Below are positions 36,966 to 50,729 of a stretch of DNA of 64,000 nucleotides, one piece after another. Both the position numbers and the translations under genes were made by a program. Under the pieces are notes generated by a model. That model did not search any database. It saw nothing but the letters and a program-made list of their open reading frames with translations, and had not been told where the DNA came from. Source of the DNA: Lama guanicoe. Taxonomy: Eukaryota. Numbering within the stretch: position 1 is the first letter of the stretch; each line of letters starts with the position of its first letter. The DNA is taken from contig MU054187.1 in the NCBI GenBank assembly GCA_013239625.1, positions 14,790,974 to 14,854,973 on the forward strand, in the 5' to 3' direction.

Positions 36966-37985
36966 AAAAGACATTTTTCGGAACAGTTTTAGATTTGCAG
37001 AAAAATTGAGATGCTACAGAGTTCCCCTAAACCCTGCACCCAGTTTTCCCTGTTACCGGTATCTTACATGAGTATGGTACGGTTATTACAATTAATGAAT
37101 AAATAGTGATAGTTCGTCAACTAAAGTCTATAGTCAGATTTCCTTACTTTTTAACCTAATATCCTTTTACCAAAGAATTTCAGGATCCCACATTATATGT
37201 AGTTTTCATGTCTCTTTAGGCTCCTCTGGGGTTGTAACAATTTCTCAGGCTTCTCCTTTTTCTGATGACCTTGATAGTTTTGAGGAGTACTGGTCATGCA
37301 TTTTGTACAATGCCCGTGTATTGGATTTGTCTGGTGTTTTTCTTACGGTTAGACTGGGTTTATGTGTTTTGGGGAGGAAAAACCACAGTGGCCAAGGGTC
37401 ATTGTCATCACATCATATCAAGGGTGCGCACATTCCAAATGACTTACCACTGTTGATGTGACTTTGATCACTTATCTGAGGTGTGTTTGTCAGGTGTCTT
37501 GACTATGAAGTTACTCTTCCCCCCCCTTTTTCATGCTGCACTTTGGAGTCACAACGTACAGCTCACACCTAAGGGTGGGGTCTGCTCCTCCTCCCTGGGG
37601 GCGGAGCATCTACATAAATGATTTGGAGTTCTTCTGCAGGGGAGGCATCTCTTCTCTCCTGTTTGTTAATTTATTCACTAATTCATTTATGTAAGTGTGG
37701 ACTCTCACATGTTTATTTTATATGATCAGTTATGCCTTACTTATTTTGTGGCTCGAATTGATCCAGCTTTGACCATTGGGACTCTCTCAGTTTGCTCTTG
37801 TGTCCCTGTGATATATGTAAGAACTTCCTTCATTTCTGGTACAACAGTGCCCTTCAGGCTCATATTATCTGCCCCAGTCTTAGAATCAGCCATTTCCCCA
37901 AGGAGCCAGGGTTCCTTTTATTGAAGAAACCAAGATTTGGGTGTTAGGTTTGCTCATGGCTACTGGGGTGTCATTGCTTCTACAT
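36966..37985 (-). mobile_element. L1MC-like 3' region
   Basis: gaacagttttagatttgcagaaaaattgag...gatgaccttgatagttttgaggagtactggtca...agaatcagccatttccccaaggagcc. Confidence 0.8.
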
Positions 37986-37999
37986 GCACAGGTTTTAAA

Positions 38000-38172
38000 G
38001 GCTTGATACTGAAGAGACTTCATAGATGGGTCCAGAGACTAGAGGCATTATCCTCATTTGAGAGCTTGTTAGAAATATACAGTTGCAGGCCCTAGACCTA
38101 CTGAATTCACATCTGCAGCTTAACAAGAATGCCAGGCGATTTGAAGGGACATTCAAGTTTGAGAAGCACTGG
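38000..38172. mobile_element. MER5A-like hAT-Charlie MITE
   Basis: gagcttgttagaaat...agacctactgaattcacatctgca...aagtttgagaagcactg. Confidence 0.75.
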
Positions 38173-38384
38173 CTAGAACTCAGTCCAACACCCGCAACTG
38201 CAAGGGAAGCTGGAAATGTGAGCTTAGGGAGAGGACATAACGTTGTCAACGTATCGCACTCATCTAGGACAACCACGCACTCATCTATTTACTCAGAATT
38301 GGTGATTTGTTTGGATAATTTGTGCTTAAAGCATCTATTTTATTTTCGTTTTTGCTCTTCCATTGTATTTTCTATGTAAAACAT

Positions 38385-38700
38385 TTGTTTATTTATTCAA
38401 ATACTTATTTATCAAGTACCTACTACTTTTCTGGCACTGTTCTGAGTACTAGGGTTGCAATGTGAACAAAAAGGTAAATATTCCTGCCTTCATGCAGCTT
38501 ACAATTCATGTGAAGGTGAAGGGTGCAGAAAAAATATGTGTATATTAGATGCGGTAACTGTTATAAAGGGAAATAAGGCAAATTAAGGTGTGGGGAATAA
38601 TGGAGGGGATGGGGGAGGTTGCTGTTTTAGATAGGATGGCCAGGTCTTCTAAGTGGAGATTGGAGTGATGTGAAAAAGTGAGACTGGCTGTTGGGACTAG
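38385..38700 (-). mobile_element. L2 3' end
   Basis: tttattcaaatacttatttatcaagtacctacta...ggcactgttctgagtactagg...cctgccttcatgcagcttac. Confidence 0.7.
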
Positions 38701-38970
38701 GCAGTGGTTCTCTTAAAAGCCAAAGGACACATTTAGATTAAAATGTTAAATCTCAGCTCCAGAGTCAGGTATATAAATATTCAGATGTTGAAAATTATTC
38801 GACCATAGACTGATTTTTATTTATTTGTTTATTTTTCCATCAATATTTTTGACAACACACAGATCCTGCTACATCATCATCACCTCTTCTGTCATCAGTG
38901 TACTTGATGATTTTTTTAAATGTATGTGATCTGTGGATGCTTATTTTATATGACGTGAAAGATGGTGCTT

Positions 38971-39480
38971 CAGTTGCTCTTAAGCTTTTTGATCTGAGGA
39001 CGCATACATTCTTACAAATTGTTGGGGACCCCATAGTGCTTTTGTTTATATGGGCTACAGCTAGAGGTATTTACTATATTACAAATTAAATCCAAGAAGA
39101 TAAAAACATATTTATTAATTCATTTAAAAATAAGAATAATAAGCCCATTAAATATTAATGTAATTTTTTTTGTGAAAATAATTCTGTTTTTCAAAACAAA
39201 CCTGAAAGTTAGTGAGAAGAGTGGTGGTGTTGCATTTTTGCATACCTCTTGAATGTCTGGCTTGGTAGAAGCTGGCATGTCCACATGTCCGGATGCAGTC
39301 TGTTGCAATGTCATGCATCATGTCGCATCTGGAAGACTCTGCTGTATACCTCTGAGAGGGTGAGAGTGAAAAAGGCAAATAATAGTTTAGTTTTATTACA
39401 AAAGAGTTTTTACCTCTTGGACCTCTGCAAAGGGTCACAGTTACCTCCAAGGGTCCCCAAATCACAGTTTGAGAACTTTC
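38971..39480. mobile_element. hAT-Charlie non-autonomous element (MER119-like)
   Basis: cagttgctcttaagctttttgatctgaggac...ggaccccatagtgcttttgtttatatggg...gggtccccaaatcacagtttgagaac, with Charlie-type TIR-like ends. Confidence 0.6.
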
Positions 39481-41450
39481 CCCTTTTATTTCCAACCTCC
39501 TCACTTCACCTTGGATGAGTCCTTTAACTTTTTTTGCCTGAATTTCTTCATCTTGAAAATGGAATAACAGTACATATCTCCCTGGGGATCCAGTGACAAT
39601 TCCTGTGACGCACTCAGAGCCATGCCTGTGCCGAGAAACTCAGTAATCAGTAGTATGATTGTTAAATACAGTTAATTATGACTGTTTTTGATCTGTGATA
39701 TTGTTCATATATAGGATTGCATTTTATGCTACTTCCTTGGTCAGAAACCCACCCCCTACTTAAAATCTTCTTGTTATGGAAAAATAAGGCACAGGGGTGA
39801 GATGTATTAAAAACTCACATATGGCTGTTTTCTTTTTTGAAAAGGATTTCTCTCTCCCTACATTCTAAGTTCCATTAAATAGTTTTTCATATTAATAATC
39901 CCTTTGTGAGCGTGTCCCCCACTCCCCAAGATGAAATATGTCCCTATATGACAATTCCACAGATCTAGATCTCATTTGCTATTTACTAGCATCATTGAAT
40001 TGAATTCCTGAAAAATCCAAGAAGACTGCTTTCAACCACTGTAATCATCCCTTAGGGACCATCAACCTTCAGCGCTTCTTTCATTTGTAACCATTTTGCA
40101 TGTTGATCTACTTGTCATAGTAGTGTGAATTAAAACAGCCAATCAAGAACATGGAATGTTGACTTTTCCCCCCATGTTCAAATTGCATGATTCTCTCTTA
40201 ATTCAGGATGCATGGCATTCATATTCTGTTGCATTTCACCCCGTGAGTTAAAATAAAATAACTTCCCATCACTTAAGCAACAGATGTACTCTGCGTGCAA
40301 AGTTGGGCAGTCTGGCAGTAACTCTCTTAAATGTAAAAGAACTTCAAACGACAATAATGCTAGGTTAATCCAAGAAGCATTAGCAGTCTCCTCCTCACCC
40401 ACCCTTGAAAAGGGAAGCATTTATGCAGCTAATTAGTTTACCATAGTAAATAATCCCCTGACATTTAAAAGAAGCATTCCTATTGGAGCCTGGAGTAAAT
40501 ATTATGTTGCACGTTAAGCTATAAATAGGGTGAATAATGGTGCCAGGCCCAGTTTTTAAATGCTATGGAAAATAAGTGAGCTCCACCTGGGTAGAAAGGG
40601 TGTTACCCGCCCTCTATACACAAGTGTCCAGTTGCCTGGCTTGGGTTCCCTATAGCTGCCCTGGAAACTTGATGAATCATCTCACTTTCCAGCATGACTC
40701 TAGCAGGTAGCTAAAAAAGTGAGCGAATGTTTCTCTTGGAAAAACAAACGTAGAAGGTGAAAGGAAACAAAATTTGTAACTGCTTTAGGGAGGTGATTCC
40801 ATCTCGCTTTAAGGAGGCTTTCTACATAATGGAGTTTTGCAGTTCCTTGCGGCTTAAATGATTTGAGGAGTTTAGAGGAGAAAATCTTCTGATGCTCCAG
40901 ATTGTTGTGTTATGGACGATCTTTGCCTCCAGGTCAGTGTGTTGAGTGTTGCCTCCAAACTGCACATCAGGGCTAGCAGGCGTGAAGTCCAGAATAGAAT
41001 GGTGAACGGTGAAACAGAATCGCGACACGGACAAAACATCTCAAGCGCACGGATTTGGAGGGAACAGAAACCAGGGGCTCAGTTTAAGACCTCATTAAGG
41101 TGGGTACGAGGGGAGAACCGTGTAATTTTTAGGGCTCACCCAGGCAAAGCCAAAGAAGCAGCTGCCTTTCCAGAATATAAAAGGAGCCGCGAGATTCTCA
41201 CTTGCCCCATTCCTGAAATTCCACCACCAAGAGCCACACAGTCAAATTAAGTCTCTCTCTGGGGAAGGACCCCATCCTGGGTGTGACAACAGATTCATCC
41301 ATTCAGTGCGTGGATTCATTATTTCCTATGACTGATGGATTGTTCTAGAAATGTGAAGGTGCTGAAACATAAAGAAAAAAGTTACATTTCCTGTCATGAG
41401 AAGTTTATAGTCCGGTGGAGTAGAGAGAGGGAGAACAACAAATGAAGACT

Positions 41451-41700
41451 GTCATAGTTTGGGCTGCTGTCATAAAATGCCACAGACTGGGTGACTCCAA
41501 TAGCAGACATTTATTTCTCACAGTTCTGGAGGCTGGAAGACCCGGATCAGCGTGCCAGCTGGTTCAGTTCCTGGCGAGGCTTCTCCTCCTGACTGGCAAA
41601 TGGCCTCCTTCATTCTATGTTCTCACCTGGCAGAGAAAGAGAGAGTGAGCTTTGATGTCTCCTCCTCTTCTCATAAGGACACTGATCCCATCCTGAGAGT
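41451..41700 (-). mobile_element. MaLR (MLT1/MST-type) LTR fragment
   Basis: tgtcatagtttgggctgctgtcataaaatgccacagactgggtg...catttatttctcacagttctggaggctggaag. Confidence 0.8.
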
Positions 41701-41793
41701 GCTCAGGAATTAAGGGAAAAAAATCAGATGTTCAATTCAGGACATAATTAAAGGGGGAAAGAGGGCCATGTCAGTGGATGCTAATAGCCAGGG

Positions 41794-42115
41794 TGCTATG
41801 GTCTGCTTGTGTCTCCCCCAGGGTCATGACATCCAAACCTCCAAAGATGATGGTATTAGGAGGTGAGGCCTTTGGGTGTTGCTTAGTCATGAGGGCGGAG
41901 ACTTCACGAAAGGGGTTTGTGCCCTTATCACAGAGGCACCTGAGAGTTACCTCACCCCTCCCTCATGTCAGGACACGTGGGAAGGCTATGAACCAGAATG
42001 TGACTATGCCTTGATTGTGGACTTCCAGCCCCCAGAACGTGAGAGATACATTTCAGTGTTTATAAGCCATCCAGTCTGTCACATTTTGTGACAGCAGCCT
42101 AAGCAGACTGAGACA
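41794..42115 (+). mobile_element. MLT1A-like MaLR solo LTR, complete
   Basis: tgctatggtctg...gatggtattaggaggtgaggcctttggg...gcagcctaagcagactgagaca. 5-bp TSD caggg at 41789-41793 and 42116-42120. Confidence 0.88.
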
Positions 42116-42999
42116 CAGGGACACACCAGTTATGAGGCCCTCAGTAGGTGCCGAAGCTCTTCTCCTAAAGCTGGTCAGTGAAATCCCCTGGAGTGAGCAG
42201 CTTCCTTTGCCATCTGGCCTCTGTTATCCCTAAAGAGACCCGATATTGTTGGCCTCAGTTGACATTCCTATCCTACCAAATGGGCTTAGAAGAAGAAATG
42301 TAAAGAGTGATAAATGCTGTCCTGCTGGAAGACTAGCTCCAAAACTCTTTCCTAGGGCTAACATGCCTCCTGGGCTGAGGCCGCCCCCTGTCTGCTTCTT
42401 CCCTCACATGAACCCTCCTGGGGTGTGGAGCCGGCTGCGTGTGGTCAGCGTCAGGACCCTGTTGTGGGATGCCCTTGACAAGCCCTGCACTGGGCCGTGC
42501 GTGTCATCTGTGCAGCTGTGATTCACTTCCTGCGTTAGGAGCTGATGGGGTGGGGCCGGGCTGGAACTCACTGAACAGAGCATCAGCTTTAAATCTCTGA
42601 AGGTGCTTTTGGACGTCACATCTCTCTGAGGTTGTTCAAGGTGTTGGATGTTTAAGAGTTCCATTTCTGTTTTGGTTTCTGTGTTAGGAGGAGTTCTGGG
42701 TGGTGGGGGTGGGCGGAGATACAGACTTCCATCAGGAATACACAGGGCACCCAGGGTTATTCTACATGTGGCGGTTTTGATGAATATCACACACTACCAA
42801 TGCCAGGGCCCTTGACGACTGAAGCTGGGGCTGGGAAGTCCTCTTAGTGTCCTGCTCCGGGCCTACCTCTGGTCCTCCAGCCGTTCTGCTCATCACTGTT
42901 GGGCCACCACACCAGCCAGGAAGGCGGTGAGGATGGGAGCCCCGTTTTCCAGGGTGCCCTGACCCAGTAACCTATGCCTTTGGGATGGATGTTGCAGGA

Positions 43000-43535
43000 C
43001 AGCACCTCTTCCCTCCAGAGGTTCCCATCTGGGAATAAAACCCAGATTTCTTGCCGTGGCCTCCAGGGTCCTGTGCCCTGCAGCCCCTGTGGGTCTCCCT
43101 TCTGTCACTCCCTCCGCTGCTTAAATCATGGTAGCCCCACTGGCTTCTTTGTCAGTTGTGGATCCTGGATGGAGGCAGGAGTAATCCCACCTCTAGGCAT
43201 GTGCTTTTGTTCTTCCTCTCCCTTGGATTGTTGGCCAGTCTCCTTCGTTCAAGTGTCTGCTCAAAGTCTTCTCTGAGACCACCTTGCTCGACGGACGACC
43301 TTCCCTCCTCCCGCTTTGCCTCTTACTCGCTGCCGCCTCCCAGCTTCATCTCTTTTCCTTGCACTTCGTACTGTCTGACATACGCTGTGTGTTTGATGTG
43401 ATGTGCTAAGTAACTTTCTCCCATTGCCCGAACACAAGCTCCCTGAGAACAGTTGCTCGTGACCCCCAGCGCCTAGAACAGTGTGTGGCACATTATAGGG
43501 ACAGTCAAAAATATTTTGGAGTGTTTGTTGAATGG
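43000..43535 (+). mobile_element. L2 3' region
   Basis: ccccagcgcctagaacagtgtgtggcacattatagggacagtcaaaaatattttggagtgtttgttgaatg. Confidence 0.7.
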
Positions 43536-43711
43536 GGGAGGGCAGTTTTCTCAAAAAAGCTACTGTCCCTTCCCTGTGTCTGCGTTCTCACCCCACCTTC
43601 TATTCACGGCACCTCACCACAGGGAAGCCGCACCCTTAGCTGAGTGAAGACTGACATTCATTCAGCCCTTTTCAGCCCTATTTGACTTTCTGAAGCAATT
43701 TATGCTATAAA

Positions 43712-43955
43712 AAGAGTCTTATGGACTTTGGAGCCAGATAGGTTTGGCTTTAACCCCGTTTCCCTACTTGGTAGCAGTGTAATCCTGGGCAAGTTACTGC
43801 GCTCCTCTGGGCCACAATTTCCATTTTAGTTAAATTAGGATACTAATACCTCACTCGCGGGCTGTTTCCAGGAGCGGTAAGTGAGAGAACATGTGTGAGA
43901 CTCCTGGGCTAGGGCTGGGGGCATCATCAGAGCTCAAGCAGTGTGAGCTCCATTG
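43712..43955 (+). mobile_element. MIR
   Basis: ggactttggagccagataggtttggctttaaccc...cctgggcaagttactgcgctcctctgggccacaatttcc. Confidence 0.75.
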
Positions 43956-43959
43956 CTGT

Positions 43960-45112
43960 CTTCCCTCCCCTTCACACTTCTGTGACTCCGCTTTCTTCCG
44001 TATTCTCATCTCTAGTCACTTCTCTGTGTCCCTTACACACGTGTCTTCATCCTTCTCTCCATCCCTGGAACTACTGTTGCCCCCCAAGGCTGTCCTGAGC
44101 CTCATTCTGTTTTTCTGATACTGTGTGTCCCCTGGGTAATTACAGCCACATCCATGACCCCAGCTGCCATCTGTATATTGATGATTTCAAAGACTTCAGT
44201 TCCAGTCCTTGCTCCTGGGCCCAAACTCGTATTTCCCACTGCCTTCTGACCTCTCCCCTCACCTGGCCTGCTGGCATCTCTAACTCAACATTTGTCAGCT
44301 CAACCAATGAACTTCTCTGCTCCCCCAGCCTCTCCTCCTCTGTCTTAGACAATGGTACCTTCTTCCCAGCTGCTCACAGGAAATTTGTGAGTCAGTTTTT
44401 ACTTTTCTCTCTCCTATGTCCTGTATCATTAAGCTCCATCAATTTCTAATTCTGAAATATCCTTTACACATTTTTGTGCCCCCTGCGGCCCCTGAAATTC
44501 CAACTCTCATCATCTCTCACCTGCTTTGGACTGTCATGTTTTCAACTGTCCCCTCCCCGCCCCCTTCGGAGTCCTCTCTTTTCTAAGTAATCCTCCAGTG
44601 GGAACTTTCCTAAAATAGGAATGTGATCGCATTATGTCCAATGAAAAACAAAATCCTTGGTCGGTTACCTGTTACCTTCAGGTTCAAGTTCAAGGTCTTT
44701 GGCACGAGAGCAGAGACTTGTCATGTATTGGCCCATTCTCAGTTACACTTGCAGTGTCCCCACAATGCTGTGTTACTACAAGCCCCCCCGCCTTTGCTCA
44801 AGCTCTTCCCTTTGCTAGGAACATCCTCATCTTCCCCTTGTCCATCGGGTAAACCCTGCTTAGCTTTGCAGTATTCAATTGAACACTACCTCCTCTTTGA
44901 AGCTTTGTTGACCTTTCTGAGCTGGGAGAAGTACCAGTCTCTGGAGTCCCTTACGCTCCACAGATACCGTTCTTGTAAGACGTACCACTCTTCACTGTAA
45001 CTCATTGATTTTCCTGTTTCTTGTGCCATCCTACAGACTGGAATGTGGTGGAGGCTTTCATGTCTGATTCCCTGGCATTTAGTACAGTGCCCCATCCTCA
45101 GTAAATAATAGT
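43960..45112 (+). mobile_element. L2 (ORF2 3' part to 3' end), diverged
   Basis: gctgccatctgtatattgatgatttc (YADD-like L2 RT region remnant)...ggcatctctaactcaacat...ccctggcatttagtacagtgcc. Confidence 0.65.
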
Positions 45113-46734
45113 TGGGTTAGTACAGTACACTGGTTCATCCTTTATCTATTTAAACTTATTATATATTTATTTATTTTAAACATTGAAATATGGTTGATGT
45201 GCAGTTACGTTAGTTTCAGGCGTGCTACGTAATGACCTGACGTTTGTGGGCGCTGGCTCACCCTGTACAGTATTAAAGCTGCTGATGAGTTTGGCTTTGC
45301 GTTATTCCACCCTTGTCTCCCTACTTCCTGCTGCATGCGAACCGTTTCTACTTACTTTAGGGTCCAGTTTTTGTTTCTGGTTTAAAAAAATATTTCTTTT
45401 TAGAACTAGCTCGATTTTTCTCCTGAATCAAATTTGAAGGAGTACACTGGACTAGTTCATCTGTAAGTTTCTCTCCAATTCTGATGTCACAGTCACCTCT
45501 AGTGCAAATAGAAGCTAGGAGTCCCCGAGCCGTGTCCCAGCTCGTCACTAAGCAGCTTGTCCAAGTCACTGAGCTTCCTTCAGCCCCCGTCTGCTCTTCT
45601 GTAAAATGGAAGGAGAGTCTTCTAAATATTTGTGACAATTAAAGGTACTGCAATCATCCAGTGCAAGGCACTTGCTTTAGGGGGCTGTGCCACACATTTC
45701 TACATTTTATACCATCTTGAAATAAAGGGGGACACGTGCTATGTGGATGCCTGGTCTTGCTATTTTGAATCAGGAGAGGTCAAATCAAAAATTGTGGGTG
45801 AAGTCGTGAGGAAATAATGCGGAGTCCTTAAATAACCCAGAGAGAGCATTCAGAACATACCAGAAGACTCCCTCAGAGAAGTGGTCTAAGAATCCCGCTT
45901 TTGAAACCTGGACAAGCTGAGATGGAATTCCTGGGGCGGGGTGTGTCCGCCTTGCTGGGTCTCTGAGAGTCCTGTGCTGGCTGAGTTCAGGGCATCGCCC
46001 TGGAACATTCTGCTGATGTCCTCTTTGAGACCACTGACAGTCACAGATGAAGGTGTCTCTGCTGTGATTTGGAAATCCTGGAAGCCCGCAAAGAATGTTC
46101 CAAACATAGGGCCCCAGAAGCTGTCTGGTGTAACAGCTCCAGAAGTGGACAGGTGGGCAGGGGACCAGAGTAGGGATGGAGCCTGTCTGTGGATAAACCA
46201 GTCTGTTTGAAAAGACTTAGTGAGCACCTGGTATGTGTCAGGCTCTGGGAATACAAAGAGGAATAGGAAATGGCTTGTGCCTGTAGTGGAGGAGGTGGGT
46301 GAAGGGGTTTGGCAGGGTCTGTAGGAGAGGAACGCCCCAAGGAGGTGTGGTCCTTTCCTTAGTAGCTGAACAGCACTGAGCTCTGCAGAGATCAGGGATG
46401 AAGTCTGCCCTGGGTTAGGGTGTGTGAGGAAACAGGCTTGACACCTGCTCCAGCAGCCCCTTCTCAATAACTGTGAGGGTGACAGGACATCATTCTCCCA
46501 TCTCTACACTGGGGTGGTCTGGCTGCTGCCTAGAGGCTCGAAGGCAGAGCCACGAGTGTGGTTGGAGCTTCAGGCAGCCCAAGAGAATTACTGCCCACAC
46601 AGATGGTTCAATCTGATAGATGTCGAAGGCCCTCCCACTTACAGATAACTTCCCCCGAAGCCCATATCATTGGACCTTTCACCATTACAGATTCATTCCT
46701 TCAGACAATGGAGGAGCATTTGAAAAGTGAATAA

Positions 46735-47310
46735 TTCTGCAAATACTATTGATAGCTCACACCTACTGACATTTCCTCCATGAGGCTCTGGTTTAAGTGC
46801 TTTACAACTATTAATGTAGGTAATTCTCACCACAACCTAATGAGGTAGGTATTTTTATTTTCCCTGTTTTACATCTGAGGGAATGGACGCACAGAGCTAT
46901 TAGGTAACTTGTCCAAAGCAGGTCCCATAACTAGGAAGTGGTAGAGGTGAGTTTTGAATCCAGACAGACTGGCTCCAAATTCATGCTGTGAATCACTGTG
47001 TTATTCTAGAAAGAGCAGCATTGAGCCTTATTAGCAGTTAATTCTTTAATTTAAATGACATTGGCTTATATTTAGTAAGTATTTATGGTGTTCCAGGCAC
47101 CAAGCTAAGTGATTTTTGTTTATTATTCTTTTATTGTTAAGAAAACCCAACAGGGTAGGTACTGTTACTATGACCATTTACTGGTAAGGAAAATAAAGAC
47201 TCAACTTGAGGTCACATAAACAGTATGGAACCAGGAAATATGGAGCCCGGACTTAAAATCAGGCAGTTGAAATCCAAAACCCATGTGTCCAACAGCATGC
47301 CAGACTACGA
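46735..47310 (-). mobile_element. Two tandem MIR copies (~46735-47005 and ~47070-47310)
   Basis: ctcaccacaacctaatgaggtaggtatttttattttccctgttttacatctgaggg; ccaggcaccaagctaagtg...gggtaggtactgttactatg. Confidence 0.75.
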
Positions 47311-47580
47311 AGTACAGTTGTGTGGGAGCAGACACCTCGCAAGAAGAAGGCCCAGTAGGAACGTTTTCTAGGAAGGAGAGCCGGCCCTGTGCAGAAGGCC
47401 AGTTTGAGGAGCCTGCAGTGGTGCTGGGGAGAGCGGGATGTGGGGCTGGGTGGAACCCACCTCTCTCCGTCCTCAGTTGCACCTGGAGCTGACCTGCCCT
47501 CTGCCCAGCTGAGAATTTGGGGGAATAATTTTATTTACTAAAACTGTACTTAATGGGCCAAACTTTCTATCATTAAACTT

Positions 47581-48429
47581 TAAAATAATTAATTAATTAA
47601 AAAAATTGAAGTATACCTGATTTACAGTGTTGTGCTAGTTTTTGGTATGTGGCATAGTGATTCAGTTATACACACATATATATATATTCTTTTTCATGTT
47701 CTTTCTCATTATAGGTTATTACAAGATACTGAGTGTAGTTCCCTGTGCTCTACAGTAGGTCCTTGTGGTTCACCTATTTTATATGCAGTAGTTTGTATCT
47801 GGTAATCCCAAACTCCTAATTTATCCCTCCTGCTCCCCTTTGGTAAGCATAAGTTTGTTTTCTATGTCTTTGAGTCTGTTTTATAAATAAGTTCATTTGT
47901 ATCATTTTTTAGATTCCACATATAAGTGATATCATGTGGTATTTATCTTTTTCTGTCTGACTTCACTTAGTATGATTATCTCTAGGTCCATCCATGTTGC
48001 TGCAAATGATATTATTTCATTCCTTTTTTACAGTTGAGTAGTATTCCATTGTATGAATATACATCTTCTTTATCCATTCATCTGTTTGTGGACATTTAGG
48101 TTGCTTCCATATCTTGGATATTGTAAATAGTGCTGCTATGAATATTGGGGTGTATGTATCTTTTCAAATTAGAGTGCCCTCTGGATATATGCCGAGGAGT
48201 GGGATTGCTTGTTTTTTTAAGAAACCTCCATATTGTTTTCCATAGTGGTTGCACCAAACTTCATTCCCACCAACAGTGTAGGAGGGTTCCTTTTTCTCTA
48301 CACCCTCTCCAGCATTTATTGTTTGTGGACTTTTTAATGATGGTAATACCTCATTGTAGTTTTTCATTTGCACTTCTCTGATAATTAGCGATGTTGAACA
48401 TCTTTTCACGTGCCTATTGGCCACCTGTA
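47581..48429 (-). mobile_element. 5'-truncated L1 (ORF2 C-terminus and 3'UTR)
   Basis: ORF 48164-48424 ([17 protein letters not shown]...[17 protein letters not shown]...AIPLLGIYP) is ORF2p-like. 15-bp TSD tctatcattaaactt at 47566-47580 and 48430-48444. Confidence 0.92.
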
Positions 48430-49032
48430 TCTATCATTAAACTTCAAAATCAGAACAGTTAAGGATCTTCCATCCCAACATCTCACCTCATGCCATACAT
48501 ACATTTTCTGATCAATACCAACTCTGTTTCTACTTGTATATTCTCATTCACAGGAGCTCATTGCTCCTCAAGACAACCAATCCTTTGTGAATGTCATGAG
48601 GAAAAATGCAGTCCTTAACCCTAGAAAGGCCCTCTCGGAGAAGCGGTCCAAGAATCCCTCTTTTGAAATCTATCTGTTGCCAAATCAATGTACTGGAGTC
48701 TGCAGCTCTGTAACTTCTGTCTCTATCCTCTTGGAGCCAGACAGTTTGGGCTCCTCTACTCCTGAGCCCGACTCTGTGTCTCATCTCACACCCGGCTCCC
48801 CTCAACGTGTGGGCTCTTGACAACCAGCTTTCTTTCAGGCAGTTGAGAAAGCCTTGCTCTCTGCTGCCACAGGTCCTTTGCTCGTGCTTTGTCCTCTGCT
48901 GGGGGGCTTTCACCTCTCTTCCAGTTCGTCTTGTTAATTTAGACTCTTCCTTTCTCTTTAGCTCGATCATTCCCGTAGGAAAGCCCCTCTGACTTGGTCA
49001 AGTCTCCCAGTTATATACTATTAGAATATCAT

Positions 49033-49448
49033 TGTCTTAGATGAGGCTCCCCAAAAGCAGAGCCTGAGGCAGGGATGTGTGTACCCATGATTTATTGAGG
49101 GTGGGAAGGAGGGGAGTGAGGGAAGCAAGACAGGGAAGGAGAAGTTGCTGCCCAGGAATGTGTTCCTGCTTCGGCCTGACCTGGGGGGGAGCTCTGGAGG
49201 GTAAAGTGGACTGCAGAGTCTGTCCTGCCTTCAGGAAGATGTTGGGGGCTCCGGTACTCCCCCCCACTGCTGTACTGACTGGCAGGGACTGGCCATGGGC
49301 TGCAGGGGTGGGTTAACTCCCGTGGGCAATCCTCAGGAGAAGGTTCCACGTCGAGGCTTTAGGTGAAGACAGTGAGGATGGACTCACCAATCAAGCAGGT
49401 AAAAGGCATCTCAGAAGTCTGGGTGGGTTGCCAGCCGTGGGTACTACA
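49033..49448 (-). mobile_element. ERVL-class solo LTR inserted in an L2 remnant
   Basis: tgtcttagatgaggctccccaaaagcagagcctgaggcaggga...gatttattgaggg...gggtactaca; TG...CA ends, with L2-like flanks to ~49670. Confidence 0.6.
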
Positions 49449-50397
49449 GAACCTCCTCTTCGCTGAACTTGCCCAAATAGAACTTTTATAATTACATGTG
49501 TGATTATTTGACTGAAATCCTTCTCTTCCATTGGAGCATCATCTCTTTTTAGGAAGGACCTGCGTCTTTGTTTTCTCACAAGGTTTCCATGTTCCAAGCA
49601 CAGGGCTTGTAGGTGGTCAGGATTCAGTCCACACGAGTTGAGTAAACAAATCCATCAACAAAGGAATGAGTGAAGCCTCCTTCCTCTTGTAGATGATAAC
49701 CGTCTCTTTACTTCCTTTTCTGTTTATCAGCTTTGGGACACTTTCAATTCCATTCTGTCCTATGGAATCTCACTCTTTCTCACCTCCTTGAGTTACTTTT
49801 TCCATCCTAAGAATCGTACTTACAGCCAGAGTTTACAGAGATGTTCTTCAAGCTCCTGTTCTCAAGCCTGGGGCTCCGCCTGCATCTGTAACAACACGTA
49901 ATTGTCAAGAGCCTCAAGGAAAGAGAACACAGCAGGTATCATTTAGACCCAGGTTCCCTTAGGTTGTCTTAATTAGTGTTCCTTTCTGGGTCTCAGGGGA
50001 AACAGTGGTGAAGTTTTTTTTTTATTCTCTTGGGAAGGTCCATGGTCAGCTTCCCGCTGACTTTTTGCTGTGTCTCACACTATTTAGATTAATGAAGATT
50101 TTTATTAATTCTTCTAATCTGTCCATTGGCTTATTTAATTGGCCAGACCCCGCTTGTTGCCATATAAATTGTTGAGGGGTCAGGGCCCAGAAGCAATGCT
50201 AAGAGAGAAGACTTAGCTTTGGTCATAGAGAAACTGGAGCCTAAAAGCTTTCAGAATCTTGAAGGTACTGGGCACTGGACAGAGGGGCTTCTAACAGCTG
50301 AGGTGAAGTTCTAAGGCACAACTAATCTAGCTTAAATCTAGAACTGACTCTGCTGGACTAGGTGGTAGAGTTCTAATGAGTGCTCTGCTTTGCAGAA

Positions 50398-50415
50398 GTG
50401 TGTGTGTGTGTGTGT
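50398..50415. repeat. (GT)n microsatellite
   Basis: About 9 GT units. Confidence 0.85.
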
Positions 50416-50729
50416 TTCAGTCAGTCAAAAACATTGGCTAGTCAAAAATACTATCTTCGAAGCAGTATTCTAGGCCCTGGGAATACAGCAGTGAGAGAGA
50501 TGAGAAAGTCCCTGCCCTCAAGAAGAATTCTGATGTGCGTGGGTGTGAGCACGCATCTCTGCATATATCCAGCCCTGGGATTTGCAGCTCTCTAATCTGC
50601 TCCCAAAACATGCGTTCTCCTCTGGACATCCACATCCACTCCTTCCACACATCAGGGCAGCATTGTGTATGGAACAGTATGAGGCCATGCGTGGAAAGAG
50701 CTGGCATGCAGCTCTTGGCTCTGTAGGGC

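Noticed and set aside
45886..46467. 193-aa minus-strand ORF
   Set aside because: Non-ATG start, no recognisable domain, overlaps other chance ORFs and includes an L2-like 3' segment near 46200-46270.
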